Below, in pieces: positions 60,278 through 64,000 of a stretch of DNA of 64,000 bases. The stretch spans positions 1 to 64,000 of the IMG/VR virus record IMGVR_UViG_3300032241_002336. The stretch is one strand, 5' to 3'. This DNA comes from a virus. Every line of letters begins with the position of its first letter. Positions within the stretch are counted from its first letter, which is position 1. Below the pieces are notes generated by a model, which was given only the letters and a program-made list of their open reading frames with translations, searched no databases and had not been told where the DNA came from. Both the position numbers and the translations under genes were made by a program.

Positions 60278-61422
60278 TTTTTTAAATTTTTATTTATAAA
60301 TACTATTATGTTTTCTAAAACATTATTTTTATTTGAAATATATTCTGCCTCTTTAACTCTTTTAACTATTAGATTATTATCATTATATATTTTATTTTTT
60401 AATTCATCACGTATAATTGTATTCGGTAAAGAGTGCCAATAATCACCATCAAATTCTATTATTATATTACATATTTTTATATCTGGAACAACACAATATG
60501 TTCCATATTTATCATAATCAACATTAATATAAAATGGTTTAGTTATTGGCGAACCGTGAAATTTTTCCTTAATATCATCAGAAATTAAATTATAAATACT
60601 CTGATTAAATTCAAGTTCAATATTTGAAGAAAAATCGGGAAAATTTGAAAGTTTGGATTTTAATATTTCTTGATATTTTATTTTACCTTCCGCTTCACCA
60701 TATTTTTCTATAAAATAATCTAATCGCCCACCATTACCTTTTTTATAACAAACATCTTTATATTTTTCCAACCCCAAAATTTGACCATACTTTTCAATAT
60801 AATATTGTTTAGTGTTTTTAAAAGCACGAGTTAAATTAATATTATTAAATTTTTCTCTTCCGTCTTTTTCACCATATTTTTTAATAAAAAAATTTAAATC
60901 TCTAATTTGTCTTTTACTAACAATATTTTTAGCTTCTTCCTCAGAAATATTATGATGTTTCATCACTGACTCATATTTAAATGGATTATAATGTTTTTCC
61001 ATCTTATTTTTATGTTTTTTAACACCATTATCAAAACCATATTTATGAATCATACTATTTAAATCTGTTTTTGAGTTATCTCTATGTTTTGTGCGTATTT
61101 TAATGATTTCATCATCTGAATATCCATTAGATTTAAGACTATTAACACTTACAGATAACCTACTATTTTTATCATAATAACGCTTAGTTCCTTCTTCCTG
61201 ACCGTATCTTTTAATAAATCCATCTAATGTATTTTTAACTTTATCAATTTCTCTAAGTTCATTATATCGTTTAACACCATTTTCATAGCCAAATTTAAAT
61301 ATTAGTACTTTTAATGATGATCCTCTCATAAGATTCCCACATCTCTTTTTACCTTTTTGTTCACCGTACAAATGAATTAAAAATCTTCTTAATCTATTAA
61401 TTTTTTCCATGTTTTTTTTCAT
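60274..61422 (-). mobile_element. Free-standing Vsr-like homing endonuclease between the split intein halves
   Basis: KYG repeats; VPDIK..IIIEFDGDYWH...RDELK; stop overlaps the IntC ATG (ATGA). Confidence 0.85.
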
Positions 61423-61423
61423 A

Positions 61424-61479
61424 ATTAAACCTCCGTTTATATTATAAATATAAAGTATTTATATAAACGGAGGTTTAAT
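61424..61479 (-). promoter_or_regulatory. 19-bp perfect hairpin sequestering the endonuclease RBS, with TATTTATA in the loop
   Basis: ATTAAACCTCCGTTTATAT/ATATAAACGGAGGTTTAAT; GGAGG 7 nt before the ATG. Confidence 0.8.
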
Positions 61480-61487
61480 GGTAAAAT

Positions 61488-64000
61488 TTATAAGTTATAG
61501 TCAATAATATCATCATCAATTGTTAGTTCATCGGCTCTAACCCAATCTCTATTTTTTGTTAAAAATTTATGATTACCAGTTACAGATACAACTAAACCAT
61601 CTTCAAATTCTATATCATAAGTTTCTTCAACTCCATTAATGAATAATTTATCAATTTGTTGCCATTTATTATCCTTATCTTTAACTTTAATATCATCATT
61701 AACACCTAAAAATATTTTATTCTTATCTTTAAATTCATTTAAATTATAACCATTAATTTTAAAAATTTCCTCTAAAGATAAAATACCTTTATTAGTAATA
61801 ATTTTAGTCTCTGGTACGACACAACCGCTTGGTTTAACTGTTGTAGCTCTAGCCGCTTTATTAACACCAATTAATTTAGCTACTCTAGCGTTTTCTTTAA
61901 GAACAACTTTAGACGCTGATTCTAAATCATATTTTAATATCTCACCACTACCAATACCAGTCATACCGACACCAATTAATGCTTCTTTTTCTGTTGTTCT
62001 TCTCCAAATATCTCTTAGGTAATGAAAATTAGTATAACTAGCTTGTAGAGTACCAATAAATGATGCGGCTTTTACTCTTTCTTCTAAATCTTCTTGTGAA
62101 ATAATATCTGAAACATTTACCTCACATAAATTACAGAATTGAAATGGTCTTAAACCAATTTCGCAGCATGGATTAGTGCCATAATCTTTATCATTACTGA
62201 AATAAACGCCTGGTTCACCACTACCGCTATCTTCAATTTTTTTCCATAATTGTAAAAATTTATCTTCAGTAATTTTATGCCTAAGAATAACGGCTGAATT
62301 ATTTGCTCTTCCTCTTTGTGGATTTAATTCCCACCAAGCACCAGATTTACATGATAACATTTCTTCATCATCCATTGAAAATAATGAAATCAATGCTGCT
62401 CTACGAATACCACCAGTTAATACAGCATCAGCTATAAAACAATTATGGGCTATACCAGACATTGTTTTAAAATTATGATTGTCCTCTACATCAATACAGT
62501 ACGATGTTTTATATTTTCTAGCGTTTGATTCATCCATTGATTCTATCATTAATACTCTAAGGTATAAAGGTATCTTTTCATAGTTTAAAATATCCAACTC
62601 AAAATCACTAATATTAGTATCGATTTTATCATTAGAAATCTTATATCGCATACATTTTGGTATGTATTTACTAATTAAAGATATAAATTTTTTTGTGTTT
62701 TCAACATTTAATCTTAGCCTGTAATGTATCGTTGAATATTGCTCATATTCAATTTTATCAATAACAGAAGAAATATTAAATTTGTTTAACAACATATTAG
62801 AAATTTTTTCAACATCACTATAGGATAAATTATATGTTGAGAATGTAATATAGGGATGTCTATTGCCTGTTGCAGAATGTAAAGAACCGTCATCCATATA
62901 CCAAAAAGCCAGTCCAATTGGATTAAGTCTTTTTAGCCACTCTTCTGTGATTGATTTAACGCCATCCACATAACAATAATTATATAGTTCAGAAATAGCA
63001 TACGTTGATTTACTTCTTACCGTATTTAGATTAGTATTATACTTCCTTTCAGATATAACAGTATTTCTTTCATAGGAAAACTTATTTCCCAATAAATCTC
63101 GATTACTTAATATTTCAGCTATATAATCAACATATTCTTTTTGCTTATCTGTATGTGATGTTACAAAATATGCTGTTCCCTGTTTAATTATCGACCCATC
63201 ACCCAATGTCGATCCCAAAATCATTTGTTCTAATAATGTATCATTTCCATATTCACCAATGTTGATATAGTCATTATTTGTTAGATCTTGAATCTCTTTA
63301 TATCCCTCTTTGGTTAACATTTTATGATTATGAGTAAACCATCCACCTAAAACACCATGTTTTCCATTTCGTTGATGTTCGAAGTGAATTTTTTTCCAAT
63401 CTCCTTCTTCATATTTATTTTTATACCATCCAGTGATTTTTTTAGGTTCAAAACTATTAGTATCCTCATTAAATGACATAACCTCACAATCCAATTTATT
63501 TTTTACAACGTTTCCAATCTTTTCCCAACTTCCATCTGCTAACAAAATTAAATTATCGTGATGTAGACAAACAATATCATGAGCTTCTATTGGCTGTAAT
63601 TTAGAACCATCTTCTTTTGTATCCAATATTTTTTTAATATTATGAATACAGTCTTTTAGTGGCTGCGGACCTGGTGCTCTACCACCGCTAGTTACCAATA
63701 ATGCACCTTTTTGTCTAATGTCTGAATAATCAAATTCTGGAGTCGATAAGCCTTCAAAATACGCTCTCATTAGTATTTTGATAGCATCAGCCCATCCTTC
63801 AATACTATCGCCAACAAGAAACCTTCTTGTACGTAATGGATTTGGTTTTCTTATTTCAGGTAATTGTTCGACATGATGTTTCTGTACTGAAAATCCAACA
63901 CCAGTACCTCCCAATAATAAGAACATAGTCTCACTGAATGCTCTATAATCATCAACTGGTAAATATGCGCAATTCCCAGTCACAATACCTCCACCCAAAA
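61488..64000 (-). CDS. nrdJ: Class II (B12-dependent) ribonucleotide reductase, N-terminal part, 5'-truncated, with inteins
   Basis: NCAY, GTGVGFS, SGGRAPGP, GGIRRAA, TNPCCEI, FCNL, TTVKPSG. Confidence 0.92.
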   Translation of the reverse strand, partial: LGGGIVTGNCAYLPVDDYRAFSETMFLLLGGTGVGFSVQKHHVEQLPEIRKPNPLRTRRFLVGDSIEGWADAIKILMRAYFEGLSTPEFDYSDIRQKGALLVTSGGRAPGPQPLKDCIHNIKKILDTKEDGSKLQPIEAHDIVCLHHDNLILLADGSWEKIGNVVKNKLDCEVMSFNEDTNSFEPKKITGWYKNKYEEGDWKKIHFEHQRNGKHGVLGGWFTHNHKMLTKEGYKEIQDLTNNDYINIGEYGNDTLLEQMILGSTLGDGSIIKQGTAYFVTSHTDKQKEYVDYIAEILSNRDLLGNKFSYERNTVISERKYNTNLNTVRSKSTYAISELYNYCYVDGVKSITEEWLKRLNPIGLAFWYMDDGSLHSATGNRHPYITFSTYNLSYSDVEKISNMLLNKFNISSVIDKIEYEQYSTIHYRLRLNVENTKKFISLISKYIPKCMRYKISNDKIDTNISDFELDILNYEKIPLYLRVLMIESMDESNARKYKTSYCIDVEDNHNFKTMSGIAHNCFIADAVLTGGIRRAALISLFSMDDEEMLSCKSGAWWELNPQRGRANNSAVILRHKITEDKFLQLWKKIEDSGSGEPGVYFSNDKDYGTNPCCEIGLRPFQFCNLCEVNVSDIISQEDLEERVKAASFIGTLQASYTNFHYLRDIWRRTTEKEALIGVGMTGIGSGEILKYDLESASKVVLKENARVAKLIGVNKAARATTVKPSGCVVPETKIITNKGILSLEEIFKINGYNLNEFKDKNKIFLGVNDDIKVKDKDNKWQQIDKLFINGVEETYDIEFEDGLVVSVTGNHKFLTKNRDWVRADELTIDDDIIDYNL
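61491..61823 (-). mobile_element. Split intein N-fragment (111 aa)
   Basis: KPSG|CVVPETKIITNKG...VTGNHKFL...WVRADEL followed by a stop. Confidence 0.9.
62442..63569 (-). mobile_element. Contiguous intein (376 aa) with LAGLIDADG endonuclease
   Basis: DIV|CLHHDNLILLADG...THNHKML...LGSTLGDGS...WYMDDGS...CIDVEDNHNF..IAHN|CFIAD. Confidence 0.92.
63972..64000 (-). mobile_element. C-terminal end of a further intein extending beyond the window
   Basis: GGGIVTGN|CAYL: intein block G variant (TGN) before the conserved RNR Cys. Confidence 0.65.

Noticed and set aside
60274-61490. Group I intron interrupting nrdJ
   Set aside because: Flanks are too short for a ribozyme core, and both halves carry clear split-intein termini.
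1-64000. Genome-wide TAG recoding (genetic code 15)
   Set aside because: Long genes have no internal TAG, and several genes end in TAG followed by non-coding-looking sequence or the next gene; amber readthrough appears local.

Overview
A very AT-rich, gene-dense segment, almost all on the minus strand, best read as part of a large (jumbo/huge) myovirus. The host is probably Bacteroidota: TAnnTTTG promoters recur, the sigma-70 is Bacteroidota-like, and there are an Hc1-like protein and SprB repeats. The left part (0-13 kb) is a translation, RNA-maintenance and proteostasis island: CCA-adding enzyme, an amber-suppressor tRNA(CUA) directly upstream of a Pth2-like gene interrupted by TAG at codon 4 and an amber-containing minigene (M-Y-*-I-R-P-P-stop), two Met tRNAs (one with a 31-nt anticodon insertion), a tRNA-like RNA, tmRNA, ClpP, DnaJ and a DUF2828 (TROVE-like/vWA) protein. 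Four copies of a covarying stem + CAGCAA structured element lie among the tRNAs and directly behind the DUF2828 gene. The middle part holds putative head proteins (one with a likely -1 frameshift extension), an amidase, a sigma factor, SbcCD, an exonuclease, primase and a RuvC-like resolvase. The right part holds a baseplate/tail cluster with two antisense homing endonucleases (one apparently replaced the 3' end of its target gene) and a class II ribonucleotide reductase with three inteins, the last naturally split around a free-standing Vsr-like endonuclease. All calls come from reading motifs by eye; no searches were run.
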